From NCBI GenBank assembly GCA_965240325.2, contig OZ251239.1, positions 372,001 through 436,000 on the forward strand: 64,000 bases of DNA. The letters run 5' to 3'. The stretch comes from Rebecca billardiae RCC1528 (lineage: Eukaryota > Protista > Haptophyta). Below are positions 35,994 through 46,477 of the stretch, piece after piece. The notes beneath the pieces were generated by a model, which worked only from the letters and a program-made list of their open reading frames with translations, made no database searches and was not told where the DNA came from. The position numbers and the translations under genes are program-made. The first letter of the stretch is position 1, and the number at the start of each line of letters is the position of its first letter.

Positions 35994-37541
35994 TCACTGC
36001 GTGATGCTGACGAGTCGTCGGGCAACCCGGTGACGTATTCGTAGTATACGACTAGAGTACTGCTGAGCACGCGGGGCGATTGAACCGCCGTCAGTATTGC
36101 GCGCCATCATCAGTGACGTGACTCCGCCCACTACCCCCCAAACGCGAAAAGGCCGGATGAGTGGAACGCCAGCGGTCGCACACAAAAGCTCGAGCCCGAG
36201 TACAGCCACGCTCAGCGGCCACGCAGGTACGTCGTTCGACTCGAGCCCGCCCTCAATGGCAAGCCTTCCGTAGGCAGTTCCGATGGCGCTCACCACCATG
36301 ACCAGTGTCAGCACGCGCAGTGAGAAGGTGACGCCCACCACTGTGCCGGGGATCGCTGGGTGGCGCTCGGAGAGGATCGTAACGACCATCGGTGCGACCA
36401 GCCCGCGACCGAACGAGAGGGTGCCTGCCGTCGCGACAAAGGTCCATGCCGCACGCGTAGCATCGGAGGCAGCGGCACACGCAGCCGCAGCCGCAGTCGC
36501 GGCGCAAAGCGAGAGGGCCAGCCCGAGCGACAGGACGCCCCTCTCGCCAAGCGGCGAGCCGTGCGCAAGATGCGCGCTCGATTCGGTGCCCGATAAATAG
36601 CCAATCGCCATGAACGCGTATGCCAGGCCAAACTCCCACGTCGAGAGGTCATAGATTGTTCCCTGCAGCACGAATGACGCCGTGATCACCAGCGCGTTTT
36701 GCGCACAGTACGAGAGCGCCTCGATCACGACGAGCAGGCAGCTCGGCCAGTCCGCAGCGAGCGAGCGCGTCGCCATGACGAGCCCCCCATGCGCCGCCGC
36801 CCGCTGCTGACGCCGCCAGTCGTTGCGGGTGCGCGGGGTGCAGGGCAAAGCTCGTGCACAATTCGACGAGACCAACGCCGGCCATCGTCGCAAACACGGC
36901 GCGCCAGCCTGCGACGCTTTGGAGCACGGCGCCGACGATGGGAGCCAGCACGCCGCTAGCAGCACGTCTGAGACGCGCGCGCGCTCAGCGCGCGCGGGGA
37001 ACACAGTCTGCACGAGCGCCTGCGCGCTGACGACGGGAAAGGCGACAGCGCAGCCCTGCAGAAGCCGCAGCACGTCGATGATGGCGACGCGAGAGGCGAA
37101 CGCGAGCGGTGCGCTGATGACGACGTACATAAGCAGCCCGGCGCACAGCACTCGCGCGTGCCCGAACCTGTCGGCCACCGGACCCGCGACAACCTGCAAG
37201 GCGCCATAGCCGGTGAGGTACCATGCGATCGTAGCCTGCGCGTCTGCGATGCTCACGCCAAGGTCAGCGGCGATTGCGGGCAGGCAGGGAGCGTAGAGGT
37301 CGGTTGAGGTTGGCCCGAGCGCAGTCGCGAGCACGAGCGCGAGTAGTGTCGTTGACAACGACGCGGACTTGCCGCCGTCGTACGAGTCCTCACCTGGTGC
37401 TTCTGTGTCGGAAGGGGGCGGCGAGTGGAAAGTCATCAACTCGGTGCCACTGTCGTTGCCATCACTCGAAGACGCGCTTGAAGTCGGCCGAGCCGCGCTG
37501 CACGAGCTCGCTAGACGCGGGTCGTCAGCCAGCTCCATCAT
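35994..37541 (-). CDS. MFS drug:H+ antiporter (Bcr/CflA, DHA1-like) with an internal out-of-frame segment
   Basis: TDLYAPCLPAIAADL, GPVADRFG and LRLLQG motifs in the long frame; the motif APIVGAVLQSVAGWRAVF is in a different frame at ~36950-36800. Confidence 0.8.
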   Translation of the reverse strand: MMELADDPRLASSCSAARPTSSASSSDGNDSGTELMTFHSPPPSDTEAPGEDSYDGGKSASLSTTLLALVLATALGPTSTDLYAPCLPAIAADLGVSIADAQATIAWYLTGYGALQVVAGPVADRFGHARVLCAGLLMYVVISAPLAFASRVAIIDVLRLLQGCAVAFPVVSAQALVQTVFPARAERARVSDVLLAACWLPSSAPCSKASQAGAPCLRRWPALVSSNCARALPCTPRTRNDWRRQQRAAAHGGLVMATRSLAADWPSCLLVVIEALSYCAQNALVITASFVLQGTIYDLSTWEFGLAYAFMAIGYLSGTESSAHLAHGSPLGERGVLSLGLALSLCAATAAAAACAAASDATRAAWTFVATAGTLSFGRGLVAPMVVTILSERHPAIPGTVVGVTFSLRVLTLVMVVSAIGTAYGRLAIEGGLESNDVPAWPLSVAVLGLELLCATAGVPLIRPFRVWGVVGGVTSLMMARNTDGGSIAPRAQQYSSRILRIRHRVARRLVSITQ

Positions 37542-37623
37542 TACTGTACCCCCACATGCATGATCGTGTGCGATACCAACGGCTTTGGTTGGCCGTGTAC
37601 GACGACGGTTTTGGACCCCGGCG

Positions 37624-38715
37624 ATGGCCGCTCCTACCCGCGACGGGCGCAAGCCGCCAACACAGCTCAGCGCGGACGAACTTCGGGCGCGGACGCTCAA
37701 GGCGCGGCGTGACCGCGAGCTGGCGCAGAAGAGGTTGGATGAGCTCCGGCAGGGCGTCGCGGCCCTGCGTCAGACGCTCGCACAGCGTGACGCGGAGCCG
37801 CGCGAGTCCGAGCCGGCTCAGCTGCACGAGCTTCGCTCCGAGGTTGCGCGCCTGAGCGAGGCGGTGGACGCGAGCCGGCGGCGCGTGCAGCAGGAGGAGG
37901 AGCACGACGTACGCGACGAGCACGGCGCGGCCCAGCGCGCGCTCGCTGCGTGCCGCAAGCGCGTGTCGCGGCTCAAGCAGGCGCTTGGCGAGCTTAGCGA
38001 AGCGGATGTGATGGAGCGGCGGCGTGAGGCGATCGCCAAGCGGCAGCGGGCGCTGACGGCGCTGGAGGCGGAGAAGAAGGAGCTCGGGCGCGCGCTCAAG
38101 CGCGTCGAGCAGCGCATCAACGTCGACGCGCGCGAGCGCGAGCGCGACGCGGACATCTCGTCGAGCACGTGGCGCACTCTGCGCACAGAGTGCGCGCGAC
38201 TGCGCAAGGTGTGCGCGACGGCGGAGGAGCTGGCCGACGCTCTGCGCGACGAGGTGGCGCGGGCGCGGGCCGCTCTGCGGATGCGCGAGCAGCTGCTCGA
38301 AGCCACCGCGCGCGCGATCGAGGCGCGCATCGGCGAGCCCGCCGTCACCGCCGCGCTGAGCGCTGTCCGCGAGGCCGCGCGGCCCGGCGACCCGGCCGCC
38401 CAGAGCGCCGACGAGGCGCTGACACACGCCAAGGGGCCGCGGCTGGTGGCGCTGCTGGCGCAGGTGCACCGTCGGCACGGGCGGCTGAGCTCCGACCTGC
38501 GCAGGCGCAGGGGCATGCTGCGCGACGAGCGCGCAAAACTCGAGCAGCTCCGCGAGCGCGCAGCGCATCACAGCGTCGACCTTCGCGCCCTTGCAGGGCG
38601 CGACGGCGATGGCGACAGCGCAGTGCGGCAAGGGGGTGAGGCTGGCAGCGCGAGTGGCGCTACTCAGGCCACTGCGGCATCAACTGGCGGGGGCGGCGTA
38701 CTACTCGGTCGGTAG
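37624..38715 (+). CDS. Hypothetical coiled-coil protein
   Basis: 363-aa ORF with continuous heptad E/R/L/A pattern. Confidence 0.7.
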   Translation: MAAPTRDGRKPPTQLSADELRARTLKARRDRELAQKRLDELRQGVAALRQTLAQRDAEPRESEPAQLHELRSEVARLSEAVDASRRRVQQEEEHDVRDEHGAAQRALAACRKRVSRLKQALGELSEADVMERRREAIAKRQRALTALEAEKKELGRALKRVEQRINVDARERERDADISSSTWRTLRTECARLRKVCATAEELADALRDEVARARAALRMREQLLEATARAIEARIGEPAVTAALSAVREAARPGDPAAQSADEALTHAKGPRLVALLAQVHRRHGRLSSDLRRRRGMLRDERAKLEQLRERAAHHSVDLRALAGRDGDGDSAVRQGGEAGSASGATQATAASTGGGGVLLGR

Positions 38716-38932
38716 ACTCGAGAAGCTCACATCACTAGTGACATTAGCGTTCATCAGATGATGACGAATACAATGATGTCGTACAAACTAACTTGTACTA
38801 CTAGTTTTACTCAGACATCTAACCACGCACTAGTTCTGACTAACCGCAACAGTCCTTGATGTGCGCTCAGAGCAACTCAGGTTGGGCGGCCGTCGCCGCT
38901 CGCTTGAGGCAACTCGCCTCGACGACGCACAG

Positions 38933-40498
38933 ATGGCATCCTCGTCCCTGTCCAACAAGCGGCCGAGGGCGTGCGCGCCCATTCCTGTGAATACTGCCGC
39001 TGCTACGCCAAGCGTGCAGCCCAAGCGCCACGCCGCGCCATGCCACGCGACGTTTGCAAACCACGCGCCCGTGCGCGCATGCAGCACGCCGATCGGCATG
39101 TTCGGCAGGCTCAAGCCGCACGACTGGAGCGCGATCTTGCGGCGACTCTCCGATCGCGACGCGGTCTCTTTCGCACTTGCCTCGAAGAGCGTGCACGCCT
39201 GCGTCGACGTCGCGGCTCGCGCTCTCGTCGAGGAGAAGTACGGCTGGTCGAGCCGCTCTGCGCGCGGCATGCGCAGCTGGGACGAGGACGCGTGGCCGCA
39301 GACGCTCGAGGTCGCGACGCCGGAGAGCTGGCTTGCGACGCTCTCGACGCTTGCGCGGCAGAGCAGCGAGCTCGAGGACATCGTCTCGACAACGCGCTGG
39401 GCGACGCGCTGTGGCCTGCATCGCGTGCTGCGCGCGCTCGCGCCGGAGATTGTGTCGCGCGGCGATGGCGCGGCCGTGCTGCGCGACTCGGCGCGCTGGG
39501 GCCACTTGCGCGCCGTGCAGACGGCGTACAGCCACCTCTCGGCGCCGAGCGACGGTGCGCTTGCCCACGACGCTGACGCCGCCGAGGCCGTCTACCCGCA
39601 TCCGATCTTCTACGCCGCCGCGGGCGGCTACGAAGATGTCACGAGCGAGCTGCTGGCGCGCGACGGAGCGTGCGCGCGCCTCCTGGTGGCGTGGGACGAT
39701 GGGAGCGGCAACGCCTCGCCCATTGACGTGGCCGTCGCGCACCATCTGGCGGAGGCGGCCGCGCCAACCGACCACGCCGCGTGCGACACGTGCCCCGCGA
39801 TCTGCGTCGTGCGCAGCCTCAGCGCGCACCACGCGCGCGCGAGCGCGGCCTCACTTCTGCATGCGCTCTCTCACCAGTGCACCGCGCTCGTCGACGCGCT
39901 CGTGCCCGTGTGCGCGTGCTCCGAGTACTCGGACGCTCTGGCGGACGCACTGGTCGAGGCGGTTGCAAGCGCGCGCGGCGAGCACGTCGCGACTCTCCTC
40001 GACCGCCTGCGCTCGTGTGGCGGGGCTGCACAGCTCACGCCGCGCCGCATCGCCCGCGCGCTGTGCATCGCCTCCGAGCGCGGAGACAGCTCGCTCGTCT
40101 CAGAGCTGCTGAGCGCGGGCGCCAGCAGCGCGCTCGCCGACGAGAGCGGGCACACTGCCCTCGGCATTGCGCGCGACCACGCGACGTTTCAGCTGCTGCT
40201 GCGCGAGCGCATGGCGACGGCGCCGACGGGCGCTGAGGAGGACGGCACACCGCTGGAGGGCGCCGCCAACAGCTGCTGCCCTGCAGAGCCGGCTGTGCCG
40301 CCGCCGGCAGCATTTCCGCTTCAGCCACGCGCGGCGCATGCGGCAAGCCAAGACGACGACAGCGCCGGAGCGTTACAAGAGGCGCTGCTTGGACCTCTCA
40401 GCGGGCAGCGCGAGGAGAGCGCAATCGTTGAGGTACTCGCAGCAGACCCTGCCCTCGCGCAACATCGCGGCGGCATGCGCAGCATGGACGACGATTGA
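38933..40498 (+). CDS. Ankyrin-repeat protein with F-box-like N-terminal segment
   Basis: LKPHDWSAILRRLSDRDAVSFALASK (F-box-like); ankyrin repeats PIFYAAAGGYEDVTSELL and ALCIASERGDSSLVSELLSAGA...DESGHTAL. Confidence 0.72.
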   Translation: MASSSLSNKRPRACAPIPVNTAAATPSVQPKRHAAPCHATFANHAPVRACSTPIGMFGRLKPHDWSAILRRLSDRDAVSFALASKSVHACVDVAARALVEEKYGWSSRSARGMRSWDEDAWPQTLEVATPESWLATLSTLARQSSELEDIVSTTRWATRCGLHRVLRALAPEIVSRGDGAAVLRDSARWGHLRAVQTAYSHLSAPSDGALAHDADAAEAVYPHPIFYAAAGGYEDVTSELLARDGACARLLVAWDDGSGNASPIDVAVAHHLAEAAAPTDHAACDTCPAICVVRSLSAHHARASAASLLHALSHQCTALVDALVPVCACSEYSDALADALVEAVASARGEHVATLLDRLRSCGGAAQLTPRRIARALCIASERGDSSLVSELLSAGASSALADESGHTALGIARDHATFQLLLRERMATAPTGAEEDGTPLEGAANSCCPAEPAVPPPAAFPLQPRAAHAASQDDDSAGALQEALLGPLSGQREESAIVEVLAADPALAQHRGGMRSMDDD

Positions 40499-40754
40499 GC
40501 GCGCACTGCGCAGCCGCATGCGCGGATGATGGTGTAGGCCGAGGCGAGGGGTCCGAGGCGACCATGGTGACCACCGCACCATCATCGGCAGCCGCAGTGG
40601 AACCCGGAACAAGGAAGCTTCGTGAGATTTAGACTGATGTGTAGCACCTACCGACACTGTCATCCAAGCGCAACACGACCCTGGTCGACTGGCATCGCCG
40701 ACGCTGCAGTGTCACGCCGACCCGGAGAGTGGGTTGGAGCGCAACATCGCCCCG

Positions 40755-42048
40755 GGCTTGTCAGACAAACCCACGGGGGACGGCGGAATGTCCGGAAGCG
40801 CAGATCAGCAACCGGACGACCCCCCTTCCTAAGGGAGGGGGGTCGTCCGGTGCGCATCGAATAGGCGTCGCGCGTGCGCGGGCTGCGGACGCCAGCCCCA
40901 ACGGCGGGATGGCGCTCACTGGGCGACGCGAGGGCCCGTCTGCGCCATGCGCCCAGGGCCGCATACGAGCTTGACGGCCGTGCGCGGGCGCCTCGTGGTG
41001 GCAAGAAGACCCGATGGCAGCATTTCCGCCGCCTTGTCCACGCTCTCGTCACCCTTTATGCGCGCAAAGACCTGCTGACTGGCACGCGCGGCTCTAGATT
41101 GGAAGGCCTGCCCGATGAGCATGATGGTCGGCACGCGTGCACCCCTCAGGTACTCAACGGTCGGGTTCTTTCGCTTCTGTGCGAGGGGCCTGAGAGTACT
41201 AGCATCACCGCTGCGCCTTGAGCCATGCTGGCATCAGTCCGAGACCGCACGCATGTGTGACAGCTGACAGGCCAGCGAGTCACCGTGCGGCCCGGCGCCG
41301 CCAATTCAGTCAGTGCTGCTTCTACACGCATAGCCTCGACCAACAACTAGGCTAGCACATCTGTTGCATCTTCTCCCGATACCTTGCGGTCTGCTTCGTC
41401 GCTCATGCCTCGATCGCCCTACCGTGTACGAATGGCGGCGCGGCGGCGCGGCGACCGGCTCGGGACTCACAGCCGTGACCGGCCTTCTTCGTGCAGCAGT
41501 GGACACCTTCCTGCTCCAGATCGGACCACACCACGCCACCAGCGTGGGCGCACACGAGCCTGCAGACGATCGCTCACAGGTCGAGCGCACTGTCTACGGC
41601 CAGCAGGTGCCCGAGAACGCACTCTGCAGCAACATGTGCATTGAGCTGTTCAAACAATATGCTCAACAAGCAACAAAACCGCTCATCTCCGCTGAGTACG
41701 CGCGGGCATCGTCGCGCGCGGGGGCTCGTCGATGCGCCAACACCTAGGCCCATCGGGCAGAGGCCGTGGCTCATCTTAATTGGGCCTCTGGCACACGCGC
41801 GCGCGCGCTCTCGCGCGGCGGGCCGCCTCCTGGACGCATCGCGCGGAAAGTAGCCGGGCCCTGCGCGCGGCGAGGGCGGCGAGGGCGGGCGGGAGCGCGC
41901 GCGATTGAGCCCCATAGGTGTCTTGAGCCGCGCCGACCTCGCGCGCGCACCCGCAGCGGCCGTGGGTGCGCGTCCGAGCGCGCCGCGTGAGGTCGCCATC
42001 GTGCCGTGCGCGCGCGGGGCCGTCCCCCGTGGGTTTGTCTGACAAGCC
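40755..42048. mobile_element. Non-autonomous TIR DNA transposon, 1294 bp
   Basis: Perfect 30-bp TIRs GGCTTGTCAGACAAACCCACGGGGGACGGC (40755-40784 / 42019-42048), flanked by duplicated CCG within GCCCCGGGC on both sides. Confidence 0.88.
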
Positions 42049-42257
42049 CCGGGCCTGTTCATCATCGGCGTGCCCGCGATGCTAAATCAAATCGTCGCAC
42101 GATATAAAAATCAGAATGATCTAAATCATTGCGCCCCACCCGGACTCATTCGGGCGTGCCGGCTCCTTACCACCAAACCCCCGGCGGCGCCGCGTCCACC
42201 GTTGGCCTGACACGTCAGCCACCTCGCCTCGCCGCGCGACGGCGCGAGGCGGAGGGG

Positions 42258-43208
42258 ATGGGGCGCGACGCGCTCCTCGCCGCGGCGGTCGTGGGCGTTG
42301 CGCTCTCTACCGTCCCTTCGCACGACGCCTTCGTCACATATCTGCTCTCGTCGCGCTCGCACCCGGCTGGCTGGGCCGGCGCGTGGGCGTCCATGGCGGA
42401 CTCCGCCATGATTCCGTTGCTCGCATCGAGCACGTGGAGGTACGTGCTTCGCACAGGAGTCTACAAGGGACGGCACTTCCTCGGGGCTTTAGGCTGCTGG
42501 GTCCCGCTACCCTCGGTCTCGAGCCCGCTCAGCCTCTGCTCGAGCTGGCTCTGCGCGACGGGTGCTGACGGTGATTCGTGGGGTCCGCACGAGGCAGTCA
42601 TCGCACTCTGCGTCGCTGTGTTTGCCCTGTGGCACGTGTTGCCCGAGGGCTTCATGTGGCGGCACTTCACAGCGTCACCGAGCGGCCTCGCGCAGGGCCG
42701 CGTGTGGACACTGCTGACCGCGAACGTCTCGCACTGCCACCTCGACCACCTTGTCCACAACTGCATTTGCCTGCTCTCTGCGGGTCCCGTGGTCGCCGCT
42801 GGCGTGCCGTGCGCGGCGTTCGCCGAGCTGCTGCTCGCAGCGGCGCTGGCGTCGTCGGTTGCGAGCCTCGCGTGGGCGCACTACCAGCGCCGCCGGGGTG
42901 CCACAAGCCTCGGCGCCTCCGGTCTGTGCCTTGCAGTCAGCACGGCCTCCGCCGTCACGTTTCCGCGTACGCGCTGCATCCTCTACGGGCTCGAGCTCCC
43001 GCCAGCGCACGCGGTGCTGGTTCAGATCGGCCTCGACTGCCTTCTGGCCGCGATGCACGCCGAGGAGCGCGCGCGTGCGTGGGACGCGCGCGATCGAGCT
43101 CGCGAGATCGACGTTGCTGCGCACATTGGCGGTGCGCTGTGTGGCTGGTGGTACGCACGCCATCGGTTCCCAGCCTACCGTCGCTCCATTCCGTTCTTCT
43201 ATGACTGA
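42258..43208 (+). CDS. Rhomboid-family intramembrane serine protease
   Basis: GRVWTLLTANVSH..HLVHN, catalytic LGASG and AAHIGGALCG motifs. Confidence 0.88.
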   Translation: MGRDALLAAAVVGVALSTVPSHDAFVTYLLSSRSHPAGWAGAWASMADSAMIPLLASSTWRYVLRTGVYKGRHFLGALGCWVPLPSVSSPLSLCSSWLCATGADGDSWGPHEAVIALCVAVFALWHVLPEGFMWRHFTASPSGLAQGRVWTLLTANVSHCHLDHLVHNCICLLSAGPVVAAGVPCAAFAELLLAAALASSVASLAWAHYQRRRGATSLGASGLCLAVSTASAVTFPRTRCILYGLELPPAHAVLVQIGLDCLLAAMHAEERARAWDARDRAREIDVAAHIGGALCGWWYARHRFPAYRRSIPFFYD

Positions 43209-43364
43209 ATAATTCCGATCGAGTCGCGCTGCTCAAGTATTGCGCTTGCCCTATATTATTATCGTCGTCGTCATCACATGACACCCTCGGGCCAGATGCA
43301 GCACGCGATGATGACGATATGTGTGTCACGGATATCGGATGATGAATGACAGATGAGACGGAGC

Positions 43365-43476
43365 CAGAGAGAGAGATCGAGAGAGACTAGAGAGAGATCG
43401 AGAGAGATCGAGAGAGAGATCGAGAGAGAGATCGAGAGAGAGATCGAGAGAGAGATCGAGAGAGAGAGAGAGAGAT
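43365..43476. repeat. (GA)n / GAGAGAGAGATC minisatellite
   Basis: Directly visible. Confidence 0.9.
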
Positions 43477-44140
43477 TACTCAAAATTAAGTCGTCATCAA
43501 TAAATAGTTTAAAAGATCGGATCGGCCCGCGGCGCCAATTATTTTAATGATGACTGCGCCGAATAGCTAGCTACTGATGAGTTACCGACTCGGATGATGT
43601 CGATCTCAAACGACGACCGATCATCCATGCACCAGCTGCTGACCAAGTACGGGGGACGGCCTTGCCGCGACTGGCACCCGAACTAATCAACATGCTTACC
43701 CGCCTTTGCATTAGTAGTGGTACCCTGAATGCGGCTTCCTGGCCGGGGCCTGACGCCGTCGACGACGACAACCGAACATCCACCATGGCGACCAACATAT
43801 CAACGTGCTCACACCACTGCCACTGCTGCAAGCTTCGACCAGTACTGTACCACCGTAACCACGACAGACGAATCAGGAGAGCTGCGCCTGCTCGCTCGTG
43901 CCTGTGTCTTTAAATCATAGACGATTTTTTAAATAGTCAGTAGTAGTCGAGTGACGAGTCCGAAACAAGCAGGCGGTAATCAGCAATGGGACAGGGGGAC
44001 TCGGCGGCCGAGTCGGCTGTGGGCGTGAGTGGCACGGCCGGTGGACATGTTCGTGGACAGCACGTGTCAGAAGTGTATCCGCCGTAGCTTTGTCGGAACC
44101 GTGCGTCTGCGTGCGTCGACCGCTGGTGCAGCCGCGTGGA

Positions 44141-44449
44141 TCATTCGCTGCACGGGTTCAAGTGGAGCGCGTGCTGCTCGGAGATCCAGTCGGCCAATGT
44201 GGACGAGCCGTAGCCGTAGCCCAAGGGAAGCTCGACGTAGTCGAGTGTTTGGGCCAAGGGCGGCTCACCCCACGCTGGTACAAAGTGCTGGTTCTCGTGC
44301 GCCACGTCGTAGTGGATCTTGTCGGTCAGCCAGGTTGCGAGCGTGGACGACCCATTGCCGTAGCCGCCGGGGAGTGGGACGAGATCCCTCGTCTGCCTAT
44401 ACGGAAAGTCGTCATCGTCCAGCCATGCTTGTGGGAAGCATGCCGTCAT
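44141..44449 (-). CDS. Small protein of two ~40-aa repeats (QTxDxVxLPxGYGxGSSTLAxW)
   Basis: Internal repeat conserved at amino-acid level: QTRDLVPLPGGYGNGSSTLATWL vs QTLDYVELPLGYGYGSSTLADWI. Confidence 0.7.
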   Translation of the reverse strand: MTACFPQAWLDDDDFPYRQTRDLVPLPGGYGNGSSTLATWLTDKIHYDVAHENQHFVPAWGEPPLAQTLDYVELPLGYGYGSSTLADWISEQHALHLNPCSE

Positions 44450-44599
44450 GTCGTGGTGATGGCCGTGGCGCGGCATTGTTGCGGACGCTGAGAGGGAGCC
44501 GAGCAACCGATCTACAGATCCGCGATCGACACCGGAAGTTGCGAAGTTGCGATGGCCGGTGGCAAATCCCGGCGGTGAGAATCGGGATGAGGATTCAGG

Positions 44600-44750
44600 A
44601 TTATTTTGTCCGGACTGCCACTGACTGTTCGATTCCGCCGCACGCACGACACTGTTTTGGAGTTTTGTGGCGGTGTCTTTGTGCAGTGTTGGATGGCGTC
44701 AATCACGCCTTAACCAAGTGTGCACGTTAAAACATAGTAAACTGTAGTCT
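44600..44750 (+). mobile_element. Diverged second copy of the SINE-like element
   Basis: B-box-like GTTCGATTCC at 44627; GGATGGCG...GCCTTA...GCACGTTAAAACA..TAAACTGTAGT as at 22577-22636; A box not evident. Confidence 0.4.
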
Positions 44751-44831
44751 TGAGCCGAAAGTGCTAGCTGCAGATGTTTGCGATGAGGTCGTCTGCATGC
44801 GCGAGGGCCGAGCGGCGTCACCGGTGACCAG

Positions 44832-46205
44832 TCAGCAATCAGGCCAGGCAAGCAAGTGGTCACACTCTGACTCGAAGCTTGCTAGGCCCTCCAGCCCCAG
44901 CGGCCATGCCGCTGCCGGCGACTCGTGGCCGACGACTGCGACTGTCCCGACGCGCTCGCAGTTGCTGGGCACTGAAGCAGGTGGCATGCACGGCGTGCGA
45001 TGCCGGCCACCCGCCTCGACTGACGCGCGCATCTTGAGTGCGAGCGTCCAGTCGTCGGCCGTCGCGCGCGCGTTCGCGAGCCGGCCGAGCGACTCGAGGG
45101 GCAGAGCTCCACCGGCGAGTGCGAGCGGCTGCAGCGCGCACTCGGCCGCGTGCGCCGACAGCAGCGCGTCCTCGATCTCCGCCAGCTCATCGCTCGCGAG
45201 CGCCTGGTTCAGCCGGCGGGCCACCGTGTCCGCAGCCGCGCACATCGCCATCAGGTGCGTCAGCTGCGCCCGATCCTGCGCGCTGGCGCCGTTGGCCGCG
45301 GGCGACGAGAATGCGGACTGGCCATCGGGCGCCAGCTCGACGGCGGTGGCAGCGGACGGCCAGACGGGCCAGTGCGCATCTGGCAGGTCCAACGCGTCCT
45401 CGAGCACGTCCTCGATGGCGCGGCGTGCCGAGTAGCCACCGCTCGTGCCGCCTTGGAGCGCGGCCTGCAGCGAGCAGGCCAGTGACTGTGCAACCCGCAT
45501 GTGGCGCGAGGGCGCCGAGGGCTCGCCATGCGCGTGCGGCTGCGCGAGTGCCTCGAGCCAGAGGCGGCCGTACTCGTCGTACGCGTTGATGGCTGCGCTG
45601 AGCGCGGCCACGCGCGTGTGCTCCTTCCGGACCAGCGCCGTCAGCTCGCGGCCCTGCAGGCGCGACGCGCTGCGCACGAGGCCGCGAAATCGCTTGTACG
45701 GCGTGAGCGCCGGGCTGCCGTGCACACGCGCGGCGTGAGCAGGCGTCGCGAGCTCGGGGACTTGGACGCTAGCGTCGAGGAGTGGTGCCGTTGGCTGCGC
45801 GCTCGCGCGCGCTTGGGCGCTTGAGCCGTCGTCCGAGAGCGTCGCCGCAGATGCAGGCTCGCACTGCTCGTCGATTGAGCTCGGCATGCACTCCGTTACG
45901 GCAAGGGGCTCGGCCACGGCGAGAAGCGCCACCGCGGACGCTGGTATCGCCAACGGCATCTGCTCGTAAGCGTGCCAGTACTCCGCTTGCAGCCGTAGGT
46001 CGTGCTCGACCTTGGCCGCGCATGGCGCTGCCACGATCGCTCGGACCGGAGCCGTGCGCGCGGACGTTGGCAGGCTTGCGCGTGTCCGATCGAGCGCGTG
46101 GCGCGTGCCAGCCTCGCGCTGCGCACGCATCATCGTAGGTTCAGAAGGCGAAGCGCCATCCGACTCGGGGCGGAGCGTCGGCGCCGAGCTGCCGGGCCGC
46201 GACAT
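44832..46205 (-). CDS. Hypothetical protein
   Basis: Long ATG-initiated ORF with protein-like helical segments (YKRFRGLVRSASRL, AINAYDEYGRLWLEAL); no family recognised. Confidence 0.6.
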   Translation of the reverse strand: MSRPGSSAPTLRPESDGASPSEPTMMRAQREAGTRHALDRTRASLPTSARTAPVRAIVAAPCAAKVEHDLRLQAEYWHAYEQMPLAIPASAVALLAVAEPLAVTECMPSSIDEQCEPASAATLSDDGSSAQARASAQPTAPLLDASVQVPELATPAHAARVHGSPALTPYKRFRGLVRSASRLQGRELTALVRKEHTRVAALSAAINAYDEYGRLWLEALAQPHAHGEPSAPSRHMRVAQSLACSLQAALQGGTSGGYSARRAIEDVLEDALDLPDAHWPVWPSAATAVELAPDGQSAFSSPAANGASAQDRAQLTHLMAMCAAADTVARRLNQALASDELAEIEDALLSAHAAECALQPLALAGGALPLESLGRLANARATADDWTLALKMRASVEAGGRHRTPCMPPASVPSNCERVGTVAVVGHESPAAAWPLGLEGLASFESECDHLLAWPDC

Positions 46206-46376
46206 GAGCGCGCGTCGTCGAGATCGAGCCGACGTCCGCCTGCCGCACGATCGGAGCTTGCCTTGCTTGCTCAGGCGGGCCAACGATCGACAGTCTTTGC
46301 GCCATCCCGGACCGCAGACTACGGCAGGCCGGACATTCGCGCAAAAAAAGGAAAAAGCAAAAATGAAAAAACAAAC

Positions 46377-46441
46377 TCTTCGCCAGAGTCATCCTCACCG
46401 CGATTCATCAGATTGTTGTCGGCAAATGAGACGAAACTGCG
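46377..46441. repeat. Dispersed ~65-bp repeat, copy 1 (copy 2 at 53455-53527)
   Basis: TCTTCGCCAGA..CTCACCGCGATTCA..GATT..GTCGGCAAATGAGACGAAACTGCG is shared. Confidence 0.85.
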
Positions 46442-46477
46442 CTGTGGGTGAAAGCGTTCGGCACGGACGCAAGGGGC

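Noticed and set aside
40860-41750. TnpB/Fanzor or DDE transposase inside the TIR element
   Set aside because: No RuvC, zinc-finger or DDE motifs seen in any frame; ORFs are short and broken
43570-43870. Possible Copia pol remnant (QLLTKYG; ASWPGPDAVDDDNRTST)
   Set aside because: Similarity too weak and fragmentary to support without BLASTX
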